From Eledone cirrhosa (Eukaryota), in assembly GCA_964016885.1 (NCBI GenBank), contig OZ024744.1, positions 108,810,001 to 108,874,000 on the forward strand: a stretch of 64,000 nt of DNA, written 5' to 3'. The position numbers were made by a program, and so were the translations under genes. Shown in pieces: positions 25,637-40,300 of the stretch (position 1 is its first letter; the number at the start of each line of letters is the position of its first letter). The notes under the pieces are model-generated. The model made no database searches. It was not told where the DNA came from and saw only the letters and a program-made list of their open reading frames with translations.

Positions 25637-25985
25637 TTAGCTGTATACTTTATGGAATGTTCTGTGGAATTTATGCAAGCAGAGAGAAAACAAGTCAGTG
25701 CGTCTATTTATTATAGAATCTAAATTAGATATAATGGTAAATTTCTCACATAAACAGAGATTACATGTCTTGGATAGAGAGGCATTCAAGTATGGAGAGG
25801 CAGAACAAACCTCCCGCCAAGAGATGTTATAGTTAATATTTTTGTCTTTCAAGGACCATATGAGTTCTGAGAGTGCTGTGTTGGTTCTTTTAAGTTGGTA
25901 TTTAAAAGACGAATGATGATTATAAAGACGAGCTTTAAAGGAGGTGGAAGTGGAGCCAAAATAGGTAAAGGAATTGGTGTCAGTT
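25637..25985 (-). pseudogene. GIY-YIG endonuclease C-terminal remnant of a Penelope-like element
   Basis: Minus translation NSFTYFGSTSTSFKARLYNHHSSFKYQLKRTNTALSELIWSLKDKNINYNISW...SKTCNLCLCEKFTII...INRRTDLFSLCLH matches the PLE endonuclease pattern YIG...FK.R..NH..SF...T.LS..IW.LK...C.LC..EK...LN.R.E...C.H. Confidence 0.85.
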
Positions 25986-26159
25986 ATAACTTTTCATCGC
26001 ATGATGATTTAAAACTCTAATCCAGAGATTTGATTCTGAATTGTTTTTTTTCTATTTAATTGCTAACCTGTAGATATTGTTCTCTATACAGTAACGGTAA
26101 AAACAGTGGTAATAATTCTTTACACACATCTCACTGTGTAACACACTTCTCTTTGTGTA

Positions 26160-26256
<97 letters not shown>

Positions 26257-26285
26257 AATAACCAAAGAGTGCTTAGAAATACATT

Positions 26286-26348
26286 GTTTTATTAGCTAAC
26301 AGTGTTTCATCCGTATCCTAAGGCAGGAATCATCAGAGTCAATAAACA
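26286..26348 (-). ncRNA. Hammerhead ribozyme motif
   Basis: Minus strand: GTTTATTGACT-CTGATGA-TTCC...GGAT-GAAAC-ACT-GTT-AGCTAATAAAAC. Confidence 0.65.
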
Positions 26349-27367
26349 AGAGTATATCAATAGTTGCATGCTCCATCAGGCTGCGTCACCAGAACAAGGT
26401 TAAAGGACCAGCAGGGGGGTCCCGAGGCCAGCGCTATATAGAAAAAGACACAATACATGACGCATTTAATGTCATAAAATATCATTAAAAATGTCATAAA
26501 AAATTATATCAAAAATCACATCAAAAATGTATCCCTTACATGGTGCAATAGTTGATAAGGGGGTTGGGAGAGGGCAGCAAGGAATGAGTGAAGGTGTTAC
26601 TCGGCATGATCAAAAACAATAACAAAAACCAAAAACTCAGAAACAAAAAAAAAAACCCAAAACAAAAAAAAAACAAAGCAAAGCATAGATACATCAAAGC
26701 ACAAGCAGTGTAAATACAGGATGTACAGGCAGATTAAGAGAGCTTGCAAGTATGAGTCTGTGAGAAGGATAGTTGGTTAGCGGTGGTGCAGCTTTACATG
26801 TATGATTGTCTATCGGAAGGTTATATCGCCTTGTAACAGGTCGATCCTCCGTATCTTATCAGCACCCTACGGACAACATCCATTGGTTCCAGTTCCGAGC
26901 GTTAGGCGAAGTAACACTATGTTTCCAACACATATACTCCGGGGATTTATCCGGATAGGTAGTCAGCGATAAACCCCTAAAATCTAAAATAAAATAAAGT
27001 ATGATGAGTTGAAGAAAGGTAGGGTATATGTACAGCCGGCACTCCAGTGAGGAAATTGAAAATACGACAGGTCCGCAATAACTGCAATCTCCCAAAGTCC
27101 TCACGTTCGGTCAGTCAACCCAACGTCCCAAGTGAAATTCACTGTATGGCCGAATCGGCATCGAAACAAATTGTCATACCGTATACAATTATACCACTGT
27201 AACATAAACAGAAGGTCTATAGAGAGAACTCCACTTCCAGAATTACCTATGGCAGAGTGAAGGAAAAGCAGATGTGGTTACAGTAATAAGCGGGTTTATT
27301 AGGGTGAGTGCAAATTTCTGTAGAAAATATAGAAAACTCACGACTAAAACTGTCAATGACAATATAA

Positions 27368-27533
27368 TATATATATAATTCGTTGTCTCTCTCTCTGTCT
27401 GCCTTTTTCTATGCATTCCCAAACGGCTCGACCAAATCAAATCAATTTTTACAAGTATTAGAAATTACCTTTCTCTTCTTTCGTCTTCTCTTATCATCTG
27501 TTTACCCGGTGCGAAGCTGGGTACATCAGCTAG
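27368..27533 (+). mobile_element. Short non-autonomous Helitron
   Basis: 5' part matches 7595-7685 (AAACGGCTCGACCAAATCAAAT). 3' hairpin TACCCGGTGCGAAGCTGGGTA followed by CTAG|T, matching 8625-8670. Confidence 0.75.
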
Positions 27534-27534
27534 T

Positions 27535-27626
<92 letters not shown>

Positions 27627-27742
27627 ATACATATATATATAAAATGTGGGTAATATTAAATATTATCCAATTACAAGTATGATAATATCTCAATATAAAA
27701 TAACAAGTATATTACAGAGTCGAAATACTTTATAAACAACAA

Positions 27743-28340
27743 TTAAAGAGTGTTTAGAACATTTAATCACTTACGATCGTTTCATCGTAGCACTAGGCCG
27801 GTCTCATCGGAGTATATAATAAGGGTTAAAATACAAATATAATATCAGAAGTTTGGAGGATCAGATAATATGGGAAGTAAGCATAAATATCAACATCTAT
27901 ATAAGAAAAGATAATAACGGTGGAAGAAGCATATTAAAAATATGAGTTTATAAATGCAATAAAATTAATTTAGGAGCACCTAAAAGCATTAAAAGATTTT
28001 AAAATATGCTTATGATATATGTTTATTTACTAATTATGATATATGTCTTGCACTATACTTAACTTCTTTATAGCAGCATGTTTTTAACATTTTTAATGCT
28101 TTTAACTGCTCCTAAATTCATTTTATTGCATTTATATGCTTCTTCTACCTTTGCTATCTTTTCTTATATAAATGTTGAAACTTATGTTTACTTCCCATAT
28201 TATGTATCCTCCTAATGTTCTTATGACAAACTTCTGATATTATATTTGTGTTTCAACCTTTATTGTATACTCCGATGATATCGGCCTTGTGCTACGATGA
28301 AACCAACGTAAGTGATTAAATGTTCTAAACTCTCTTTGAT
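27743..28340. repeat. Diverged ~270-bp inverted repeat, each arm with a degenerate hammerhead (CCGATGA...GAAAC)
   Basis: 27743-28010 is the reverse complement of ~28075-28340. Motifs at 27769-27813 (-) and 28269-28313 (+). Related sequence lies at ~11195-11300. Confidence 0.8.
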
Positions 28341-28385
28341 TAAATGTTCTAAACTCTTTGATTAAATGTTCTAAACTCTCTTTGA
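28313..28385. repeat. Three tandem copies of ~23-25-bp TGATTAAATGTTCTAAACTCTCTT
   Basis: Direct reading. Abuts the first unit of the 32-bp satellite. Confidence 0.9.
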
Positions 28386-31300
28386 CATTGTCGTCTGCTC
28401 AAGAAGCAATATAAAGACATTGTCTTCTGCTCAAGAAGCAATATAAAGACATTGTCGTCTGCTCAAGAAGCAGTATAAAGACATTGTCGTCTGCTCAAGA
28501 AGCAGTATAAAGACATTGTCGTCTGCTCAAGAAGCAGTATAAAGACATTGTCTTCTGCTCAAGAAGCAGTATAAAGACATTGTCTTCTGCTCAAGAAGCA
28601 GTATAAAGACATTGTCTTCTGCTCAAGAAGCAATATAAAGACATTGTCGTCTGCTCAAGAAGCAATATAAAGACATTGTCGTCTGCTCAAGAAGCAGTAT
28701 AAAGACATTGTCTTCTGCTCAAGAAGCAATATAAAGACATTGTCTTCTGCTCAAGAAGCAGTATCAAGACATTATCTTCTGCTCAAGAAGCAATATAAAG
28801 ACATTGTCTTCTGCTCAAGAAGCAGTATAAAGACATTGTCGTCTGCTCAAGAAGCAGTATAAAGACATTGTCTTCTGCTCAAGAAGCAGTATAAAGACAT
28901 TGTCGTCTGCTCAAGAAGCAGTATAAAGACATTGTCTTCTGCTCAAGAAGCAGTATCAAGACATTATCTTCTGCTCAAGAAGCAGTATAAAGACATTGTC
29001 TTCTGCTCAAGAAGCAATATAAAGACATTGTCTTCTGCTCAAGAAGCAGTATAAAGACATTGTCTTCTACTCAAGAAGCAATATAAAGACATTGTCTTCT
29101 GCTCAAGAAGCAGTATAAAGACATTGTCGTCTGCTCAAGAAGCAGTATAAAGACATTGTCTTCTGCTCAAGAAGCAATATAAAGACATTGTCTTCTGCTC
29201 AAGAAGCAGTATCAAGACATTATCTTCTGCTCAAGAAGCAGTATAAAGACATTGTCTTCTGCTCAAGAAGCAGTATAAAGACATTGTCGTCTGCTCAAGA
29301 AGCAGTATAAAGACATTGTCTTCTGCTCAAGAAGCAGTATAAAGACATTATCTTCTGCTCAAGAAGCAGTATAAAGACATTGTCTTCTGCTCAAGAAGCA
29401 ATATAAAGACATTGTCTTCTACTCAAGAAGCAATATAAAGACATTGTCTTCTGCTCAAGAAGCAGTATAAAGACATTGTCGTCTGCTCAAGAAGCAGTAT
29501 AAAGACATTGTCTTCTGCTCAAGAAGCAATATAAAGACATTGTCTTCTGCTCAAGAAGCAGTATCAAGACATTATCTTCTGCTCAAGAAGCAGTATAAAG
29601 ACATTGTCTTCTGCTCAAGAAGCAGTATAAAGACATTATCTTCTGCTCAAGAAGCAGTATAAAGACATTGTCGTCTGCTCAAGAAGCAGTATAAAGACAT
29701 TATCTTCTGCTCAAGAAGCAGTATAAAGACATTGTCGTCTGCTCAAGAAGCAGTATAAAGACATTGTCTTCTGCTCAAGAAGCAATATAAAGACATTGTC
29801 GGCTGCTCAAGAAGCAGTATAAAGACATTGTCTTCTGCTCAAGAAGCAGTATAAAGACATTGTCGTCTGCTCAAGAAGCAATATAAAGACATTGTCGTCT
29901 GCTCAAGAAGCAGTATAAAAACATTATCTTCTGCTCAAGAAGCAGTATAAAGACATTATCTTCTGCTCAAGAAGCAGTATAAAGACATTGTCGTCTGCTC
30001 AAGAAGCAGTATAAAGACATTGTCGTCTGCACAAAAAGCAGTATAAAGACATTGTCTTCTGCTCAAGAAGCAGTATAAAGACATTGTATTCTGCTCAAGA
30101 AGCAGTATAAAGACATTGTCGTCTGCTCAAGAAGCAGTATAAAGACATTATCTTCTGCTCAAGAAGCAATATAAAGACATTGTCTTCTGCTCAAGAAGCA
30201 GTATAAAGACATTGTCGTCTGCTCAAGAAGCAGTATAAAGACATTGTCTTCTGCTCAAGAAGCAATATAAAGACATTGTCGTCTGCTCAAGAAGCAGTAT
30301 AAAGACATTGTCTTCTGCTCAAGAAGCAGTATAAAGACATTGTCTTCTGCTCAAGAAGCAATAGAAAGACATTGTCGTCTGCTCAAGAAGCAGTATAAAG
30401 ACATTATCTTCTGCTCAAGAAGCAGTATAAAGACATTATCTTCTGCTCAAGAAGAAGTATAAATACATTGTCGTCTGCTCAAGAAGCAATATAAAGACAT
30501 TGTCTTCTGCTCAAGAAGCAATATAAAGACATTGTCTTCTGCTCAAGAAGCAGTATAAAGACATTATCTTCTGCTCAAGAAGCAATATAAAGACATTGTC
30601 TTCTGCTCAAGAAGCAATATAAAGACATTGTCTTCTGCTCAAGAAGCAATATAAAGACATTGTCTTCTGCTCAAGAAGCAGTATAAAGACATTATCTTCT
30701 GCTCAAGAAGCAGTATAAAGACATTATCGTCTGCTCAAGAAGCAGTATAAAGACATTGTCTTCTGCTCAAGAAGCAGTATAAAGACATTGTCGTCTGCTC
30801 AAGAAGCAGTATAAAGACATTGTCGTCTGCTCAAGAAGCAGTATAAAGACATTGTCTTCTGCTCAAGAAGCAATATAAAGACACTGTTGTCTGCTCAAGA
30901 AGCAGTATAAAGACATTGTCTTCTGCTCAAGAAGCAATATAAAGACATTGTCGGCTGCTCAAGAAGCAGTATAAAGACATTGTCGTCTGCTCAAGAAGCA
31001 GTATAAAGACATTGTCTTCTGCTCAAGAAGCAATATAAAGACACTGTTGTCTGCTCAAGAAGCAGTATAAAGACATTGTCTTCTGCTCAAGAAGCAGTAT
31101 AAAGACATTGTCGTCTGCTCAAGAAGCAATATAAAGACATTGTCGTCTGCTCAAGAAGCAGTATAAAAACATTATCTTCTGCTCAAAAAGCAGTATAAAG
31201 ACATTATCTTCTGCTCAAGAAGCAGTATAAAGACATTGTCGTCTGCTCAAGAAGCAGTATAAAGACATTGTCGTCTGCTCAAAAAGCAGTATAAAGACAT

Positions 31301-34300
31301 AGTCTTCTGCTCAAGAAGCAGTATAAAGACATTGTATTCTGCTCAAGAAGCAGTATAAAGACATTGTCGTCTGCTCAAGAAGCAATATAAAGACATTGTC
31401 TTCTGCTCAAGAAGCAGTATAAAGACATTGTCGTCTGCTCAAGAAGCAGTATAAAGACATTGTCTTCTGCTCAAGAAGCAATATAAAGACATTGTCGTCT
31501 GCTCAAGAAGCAGTATAAAGACATTGTCTTCTGCTCAAGAAGCAGTATAAAGACATTGTCTTCTGCTCAAGAAGCAATAGAAAGACATTGTCGTCTGCTC
31601 AAGAAGCAGTATAAAGACATTATCTTCTGCTCAAGAAGCAGTATAAAGACATTATCTTCTGCTCAAGAAGAAGTATAAATACATTGTCGTCTGCTCAAGA
31701 AGCAATATAAAGACATTGTCTTCTGCTCAAGAAGCAATATAAAGACATTGTCTTCTGCTCAAGAAGCAGTATAAAGACATTATCTTCTGCTCAAGAAGCA
31801 ATATAAAGACATTGTCTTCTGCTCAAGAAGCAATATAAAGACATTGTCTTCTGCTCAAGAAGCAATATAAAGACATTGTCTTCTGCTCAAGAAGCAGTAT
31901 AAAGACATTGTCGTCTGCTCAAGAAGCAGTATAAAGACATTGTCTTCTGCTCAAGAAGCAATATAAAGACACTGTTGTCTGCTCAAGAAGCAGTATAAAG
32001 ACATTGTCTTCTGCTCAAGAAGCAATATAAAGACATTGTCGGCTGCTCAAGAAGCAGTATAAAGACATTGTCGTCTGCTCAAGAAGCAGTATAAAGACAT
32101 TGTCTTCTGCTCAAGAAGCAATATAAAGACACTGTTGTCTGCTCAAGAAGCAGTATAAAGACATTGTCTTCTGCTCAAGAAGCAATATAAAGACATTGTC
32201 GTCTGCTCAAGAAGCAGTATAAAGACATTGTCTTCTGCTCAAGAAGCAGTATAAAGACATTGTCGTCTGCTCAAGAAGCAGTATAAAGACATTGTCTTCT
32301 GCTCAAGAAGCAGTATCAAGACATTATCTTCTGCTCAAGAAGCAGTATAAAGACATTGTCTTCTGCTCAAGAAGCAATATAAAGACATTGTCTTCTGCTC
32401 AAGAAGCAGTATAAAGACATTATCTTCTGCTCAAGAAGCAGTATAAAGACATTGTCGTCTGCTCAAGAAGCAGTATCAAGACATTATCTTCTGCTCAAGA
32501 AGCAGTATAAAGACATTGTCTTCTGCTCAAGAAGCAGTATAAAGACATTATCTTCTGCTCAAGAAGCAGTATAAAGACATTGTCGTCTGCTCAAGAAGCA
32601 GTATAAAGACATTATCTTCTGCTCAAGAAGCAGTATAAAGACATTGTCGTCTGCTCAAGAAGCAGTATAAAGACATTGTCTTCTGCTCAAGAAGCAGTAT
32701 AAAGACATTGTTGTCCGCTCAAGAAGCAATATAAAGACATTGTCGTCTGCTCAAAAAGCAGTATAAAGACATTATCTTCTGCTCAAGAAGCAGTATAAAG
32801 ACATTATCTTCTGCTCAAGAAGCAGTATAAAGACATTGTATTCTGCTCAAGAAGCAGTATAAAGACATTGTCGTCTGCTCAAGAAGCAGTATAAAGACAT
32901 TATCTTCTGCTCAAGAAGCAATATAAAGACATTGTCTTCTGCTCAAGAAGCAGTATAAAGACATTGTCTTCTGCTCAAGAAGCAGTATCAAGACATTGTC
33001 TTCTGCTCAAGAAGCAGTATAAAGACATTGTCTTCTGCTCAAGAAGCAATATAAAGACATTGTCTTCTGCTCAAGAAGCAGTATAAAGACATTGTCGTCT
33101 GCTCAAGAAGCAGTATAAAGACATTGTCTTCTGCTCAAGAAGCAATATAAAGACATTGTCGTCTGCTCAAGAAGCAGTATAAAGACATTGTCTTCTGCTC
33201 AAGAAGCAGTATAAAGACATTGTCTTCTGCTCAAAAAGCAATAGAAAGACATTGTCGTCTGCTCAAGAAGCAGTATAAAGACATTATCTTCTGCTCAAGA
33301 AGCAGTATAAAGACATTATCTTCTGCTCAAGAAGCAGTATAAATACATTGTCGTCTGCTCAAGAAGCAATATAAAGACATTGTCTTCTGCTCAAGAAGCA
33401 ATATAAAGACATTGTCTTCTGCTCAAGAAGCAGTATAAAGACATTAACTTCTGCTCAAGAAGCAATATAAAGACATTGTCTTCTGCTCAAGAAGCAATAT
33501 AAAGACATTGTCTTCTGCTCAAGAAGCAATATAAAGACATTGTCTTCTGCTCAAGAAGCAGTATAAAGACATTATCTTCTGCTCAAGAAGCAGTATAAAG
33601 ACATTATCGTCTGCTCAAGAAGCAATATAAAGACACTGTTGTCTGCTCAAGAAGCAGTATAAAGACATTGTCTTCTGCTCAAGAAGCAATATAAAGACAT
33701 TGTCGTCTGCTCAAGAAGCAGTATAAAGACATTGTCTTCTGCTCAAGAAGCAATATAAAGACATTGTCTTCTGCTCAAGAAGCAATATAAAGACATTGTC
33801 TTCTGCTCAAGAAGCAATATAAAGACATTGTCTTCTGCTCAAGAAGCAGTATAAAGACATTATCTTCTGCTCAAGAAGCAGTATAAAGACATTATCGTCT
33901 GCTCAAGAAGCAGTATAAAGACATTGTCTTCTGCTCAAGAAGCAGTATAAAGACATTGTCGTCTGCTCAAGAAGCAGTATAAAGACATTGTCGTCTGCTC
34001 AAGAAGCAGTATAAAGACATTGTCTTCTGCTCAAGAAGCAATATAAAGACACTGTTGTCTGCTCAAGAAGCAGTATAAAGACATTGTCTTCTGCTCAAGA
34101 AGCAATATAAAGACATTGTCGGCTGCTCAAGAAGCAGTATAAAGACATTGTCGTCTGCTCAAGAAGCAGTATAAAGACATTGTCTTCTGCTCAAGAAGCA
34201 ATATAAAGACACTGTTGTCTGCTCAAGAAGCAGTATAAAGACATTGTCTTCTGCTCAAGAAGCAATATAAAGACATTGTCGTCTGCTCAAGAAGCAGTAT

Positions 34301-37300
34301 AAAGACATTATCGTCTGCTCAAGAAGCAGTATAAAGACATTGTCTTCTGCTCAAGAAGCAGTATAAAGACATTGTCGTCTGCTCAAGAAGCAGTATAAAG
34401 ACATTGTCGTCTGCTCAAGAAGCAGTATAAAGACATTGTCTTCTGCTCAAGAAGCAATATAAAGACACTGTTGTCTGCTCAAGAAGCAGTATAAAGACAT
34501 TGTCTTCTGCTCAAGAAGCAATATAAAGACATTGTCGGCTGCTCAAGAAGCAGTATAAAGACATTGTCGTCTGCTCAAGAAGCAGTATAAAGACATTGTC
34601 TTCTGCTCAAGAAGCAATATAAAGACACTGTTGTCTGCTCAAGAAGCAGTATAAAGACATTGTCTTCTGCTCAAGAAGCAATATAAAGACATTGTCGTCT
34701 GCTCAAGAAGCAGTATAAAGACATTGTCTTCTGCTCAAGAAGCAGTATAAAGACATTGTCGTCTGCTCAAGAAGCAGTATAAAGACATTGTCTTCTGCTC
34801 AAGAAGCAGTATCAAGACATTGTCTTCTGCTCAAGAAGCAGTATAAAGACATTGTCTTCTGCTCAAGAAGCAGTATAAAGACATTGTCGTCTGCTCAAGA
34901 AGCAGTATAAAGACATTATCTTCTGCTCAAGAAGCAATATAAAGACATTGTCTTCTGCTCAAGAAGCAGTATAAAGACATTGTCTTCTGCTCAAGAAGCA
35001 GTATCAAGACATTGTCTTCTGCTCAAGAAGCAGTATAAAGACATTGTCGTCTGCTCAAGAAGCAGTATAAAGACATTATCTTCTGCTCAAGAAGCAATAT
35101 AAAGACATTGTCTTCTGCTCAAGAAGCAGTATAAAGACATTGTCTTCTGCTCAAGAAGCAGTATCAAGACATTGTCTTCTGCTCAAGAAGCAGTATAAAG
35201 ACATTGTCTTCTGCTCAAGAAGCAATATAAAGACATTGTCTTCTGCTCAAGAAGCAGTATAAAGACATTGTCGTCTGCTCAAGAAGCAGTATAAAGACAT
35301 TGTCTTCTGCTCAAGAAGCAATATAAAGACATTGTCGTCTGCTCAAGAAGCAGTATAAAGACATTGTCTTCTGCTCAAGAAGCAGTATAAAGACATTGTC
35401 TTCTGCTCAAAAAGCAATAGAAAGACATTGTCGTCTGCTCAAGAAGCAGTATAAAGACATTATCTTCTGCTCAAGAAGCAGTATAAAGACATTATCTTCT
35501 GCTCAAGAAGCAGTATAAATACATTGTCGTCTGCTCAAGAAGCAATATAAAGACATTGTCTTCTGCTCAAGAAGCAATATAAAGACATTGTCTTCTGCTC
35601 AAGAAGCAGTATAAAGACATTAACTTCTGCTCAAGAAGCAATATAAAGACATTGTCTTCTGCTCAAGAAGCAATATAAAGACATTGTCTTCTGCTCAAGA
35701 AGCAATATAAAGACATTGTCTTCTGCTCAAGAAGCAGTATAAAGACATTATCTTCTGCTCAAGAAGCAGTATAAAGACATTATCGTCTGCTCAAGAAGCA
35801 ATATAAAGACACTGTTGTCTGCTCAAGAAGCAGTATAAAGACATTGTCTTCTGCTCAAGAAGCAATATAAAGACATTGTCGTCTGCTCAAGAAGCAGTAT
35901 AAAGACATTGTCTTCTGCTCAAGAAGCAATATAAAGACATTGTCTTCTGCTCAAGAAGCAATATAAAGACATTGTCTTCTGCTCAAGAAGCAATATAAAG
36001 ACATTGTCTTCTGCTCAAGAAGCAGTATAAAGACATTATCTTCTGCTCAAGAAGCAGTATAAAGACATTATCGTCTGCTCAAGAAGCAGTATAAAGACAT
36101 TGTCTTCTGCTCAAGAAGCAGTATAAAGACATTGTCGTCTGCTCAAGAAGCAGTATAAAGACATTGTCGTCTGCTCAAGAAGCAGTATAAAGACATTGTC
36201 TTCTGCTCAAGAAGCAATATAAAGACATTATCTTCTGCTCAAGAAGCAGTATAAAGACATTGTCTTCTGCTCAAGAAGCAATATAAAGACATTGTCTTCT
36301 ACTCAAGAAGCAATATAAAGACATTGTCTTCTGCTCAAGAAGCAGTATAAAGACATTGTCGTCTGCTCAAGAAGCAGTATAAAGACATTGTCTTCTGCTC
36401 AAGAAGCAATATAAAGACATTGTCTTCTGCTCAAGAAGCAGTATCAAGACATTATCTTCTGCTCAAGAAGCAGTATAAAGACATTGTCTTCTGCTCAAGA
36501 AGCAGTATAAAGACATTATCTTCTGCTCAAGAAGCAGTATAAAGACATTGTCGTCTGCTCAAGAAGCAGTATAAAGACATTATCTTCTGCTCAAGAAGCA
36601 GTATAAAGACATTGTCGTCTGCTCAAGAAGCAGTATAAAGACATTGTCTTCTGCTCAAGAAGCAATATAAAGACATTGTCGGCTGCTCAAGAAGCAGTAT
36701 AAAGACATTGTCTTCTGCTCAAGAAGCAGTATAAAGACATTGTCGTCTGCTCAAGAAGCAATATAAAGACATTGTCGTCTGCTCAAGAAGCAGTATAAAA
36801 ACATTATCTTCTGCTCAAGAAGCAGTATAAAGACATTATCTTCTGCTCAAGAAGCAGTATAAAGACATTGTCGTCTGCTCAAGAAGCAGTATAAAGACAT
36901 TGTCGTCTGCACAAAAAGCAGTATAAAGACATTGTCTTCTGCTCAAGAAGCAGTATAAAGACATTGTATTCTGCTCAAGAAGCAGTATAAAGACATTGTC
37001 GTCTGCTCAAGAAGCAGTATAAAGACATTATCTTCTGCTCAAGAAGCAATATAAAGACATTGTCTTCTGCTCAAGAAGCAGTATAAAGACATTGTCGTCT
37101 GCTCAAGAAGCAGTATAAAGACATTGTCTTCTGCTCAAGAAGCAATATAAAGACATTGTCGTCTGCTCAAGAAGCAGTATAAAGACATTGTCTTCTGCTC
37201 AAGAAGCAGTATAAAGACATTGTCTTCTGCTCAAGAAGCAATAGAAAGACATTGTCGTCTGCTCAAGAAGCAGTATAAAGACATTATCTTCTGCTCAAGA

Positions 37301-40300
37301 AGCAGTATAAAGACATTATCTTCTGCTCAAGAAGAAGTATAAATACATTGTCGTCTGCTCAAGAAGCAATATAAAGACATTGTCTTCTGCTCAAGAAGCA
37401 ATATAAAGACATTGTCTTCTGCTCAAGAAGCAGTATAAAGACATTATCTTCTGCTCAAGAAGCAATATAAAGACATTGTCTTCTGCTCAAGAAGCAATAT
37501 AAAGACATTGTCTTCTGCTCAAGAAGCAATATAAAGACATTGTCTTCTGCTCAAGAAGCAGTATAAAGACATTATCTTCTGCTCAAGAAGCAGTATAAAG
37601 ACATTATCGTCTGCTCAAGAAGCAGTATAAAGACATTGTCTTCTGCTCAAGAAGCAGTATAAAGACATTGTCGTCTGCTCAAGAAGCAGTATAAAGACAT
37701 TGTCGTCTGCTCAAGAAGCAGTATAAAGACATTGTCTTCTGCTCAAGAAGCAATATAAAGACACTGTTGTCTGCTCAAGAAGCAGTATAAAGACATTGTC
37801 TTCTGCTCAAGAAGCAATATAAAGACATTGTCGGCTGCTCAAGAAGCAGTATAAAGACATTGTCGTCTGCTCAAGAAGCAGTATAAAGACATTGTCTTCT
37901 GCTCAAGAAGCAATATAAAGACACTGTTGTCTGCTCAAGAAGCAGTATAAAGACATTGTCTTCTGCTCAAGAAGCAGTATAAAGACATTGTCGTCTGCTC
38001 AAGAAGCAATATAAAGACATTGTCGTCTGCTCAAGAAGCAGTATAAAAACATTATCTTCTGCTCAAAAAGCAGTATAAAGACATTATCTTCTGCTCAAGA
38101 AGCAGTATAAAGACATTGTCGTCTGCTCAAGAAGCAGTATAAAGACATTGTCGTCTGCTCAAAAAGCAGTATAAAGACATAGTCTTCTGCTCAAGAAGCA
38201 GTATAAAGACATTGTATTCTGCTCAAGAAGCAGTATAAAGACATTGTCGTCTGCTCAAGAAGCAATATAAAGACATTGTCTTCTGCTCAAGAAGCAGTAT
38301 AAAGACATTGTCGTCTGCTCAAGAAGCAGTATAAAGACATTGTCTTCTGCTCAAGAAGCAATATAAAGACATTGTCGTCTGCTCAAGAAGCAGTATAAAG
38401 ACATTGTCTTCTGCTCAAGAAGCAGTATAAAGACATTGTCTTCTGCTCAAGAAGCAATAGAAAGACATTGTCGTCTGCTCAAGAAGCAGTATAAAGACAT
38501 TATCTTCTGCTCAAGAAGCAGTATAAAGACATTATCTTCTGCTCAAGAAGAAGTATAAATACATTGTCGTCTGCTCAAGAAGCAATATAAAGACATTGTC
38601 TTCTGCTCAAGAAGCAATATAAAGACATTGTCTTCTGCTCAAGAAGCAGTATAAAGACATTATCTTCTGCTCAAGAAGCAATATAAAGACATTGTCTTCT
38701 GCTCAAGAAGCAATATAAAGACATTGTCTTCTGCTCAAGAAGCAATATAAAGACATTGTCTTCTGCTCAAGAAGCAGTATAAAGACATTGTCGTCTGCTC
38801 AAGAAGCAGTATAAAGACATTGTCTTCTGCTCAAGAAGCAATATAAAGACACTGTTGTCTGCTCAAGAAGCAGTATAAAGACATTGTCTTCTGCTCAAGA
38901 AGCAATATAAAGACATTGTCGGCTGCTCAAGAAGCAGTATAAAGACATTGTCGTCTGCTCAAGAAGCAGTATAAAGACATTGTCTTCTGCTCAAGAAGCA
39001 ATATAAAGACACTGTTGTCTGCTCAAGAAGCAGTATAAAGACATTGTCTTCTGCTCAAGAAGCAATATAAAGACATTGTCGTCTGCTCAAGAAGCAGTAT
39101 AAAGACATTGTCTTCTGCTCAAGAAGCAGTATAAAGACATTGTCGTCTGCTCAAGAAGCAGTATAAAGACATTGTCTTCTGCTCAAGAAGCAGTATCAAG
39201 ACATTATCTTCTGCTCAAGAAGCAGTATAAAGACATTGTCTTCTGCTCAAGAAGCAATATAAAGACATTGTCTTCTGCTCAAGAAGCAGTATAAAGACAT
39301 TATCTTCTGCTCAAGAAGCAGTATAAAGACATTGTCGTCTGCTCAAGAAGCAGTATCAAGACATTATCTTCTGCTCAAGAAGCAGTATAAAGACATTGTC
39401 TTCTGCTCAAGAAGCAGTATAAAGACATTATCTTCTGCTCAAGAAGCAGTATAAAGACATTGTCGTCTGCTCAAGAAGCAGTATAAAGACATTATCTTCT
39501 GCTCAAGAAGCAGTATAAAGACATTGTCGTCTGCTCAAGAAGCAGTATAAAGACATTGTCTTCTGCTCAAGAAGCAGTATAAAGACATTGTTGTCCGCTC
39601 AAGAAGCAATATAAAGACATTGTCGTCTGCTCAAAAAGCAGTATAAAGACATTATCTTCTGCTCAAGAAGCAGTATAAAGACATTATCTTCTGCTCAAGA
39701 AGCAGTATAAAGACATTGTATTCTGCTCAAGAAGCAGTATAAAGACATTGTCGTCTGCTCAAGAAGCAGTATAAAGACATTATCTTCTGCTCAAGAAGCA
39801 ATATAAAGACATTGTCTTCTGCTCAAGAAGCAGTATAAAGACATTGTCTTCTGCTCAAGAAGCAGTATCAAGACATTGTCTTCTGCTCAAGAAGCAGTAT
39901 AAAGACATTGTCTTCTGCTCAAGAAGCAATATAAAGACATTGTCTTCTGCTCAAGAAGCAGTATAAAGACATTGTCGTCTGCTCAAGAAGCAGTATAAAG
40001 ACATTGTCTTCTGCTCAAGAAGCAATATAAAGACATTGTCGTCTGCTCAAGAAGCAGTATAAAGACATTGTCTTCTGCTCAAGAAGCAGTATAAAGACAT
40101 TGTCTTCTGCTCAAAAAGCAATAGAAAGACATTGTCGTCTGCTCAAGAAGCAGTATAAAGACATTATCTTCTGCTCAAGAAGCAGTATAAAGACATTATC
40201 TTCTGCTCAAGAAGCAGTATAAATACATTGTCGTCTGCTCAAGAAGCAATATAAAGACATTGTCTTCTGCTCAAGAAGCAATATAAAGACATTGTCTTCT

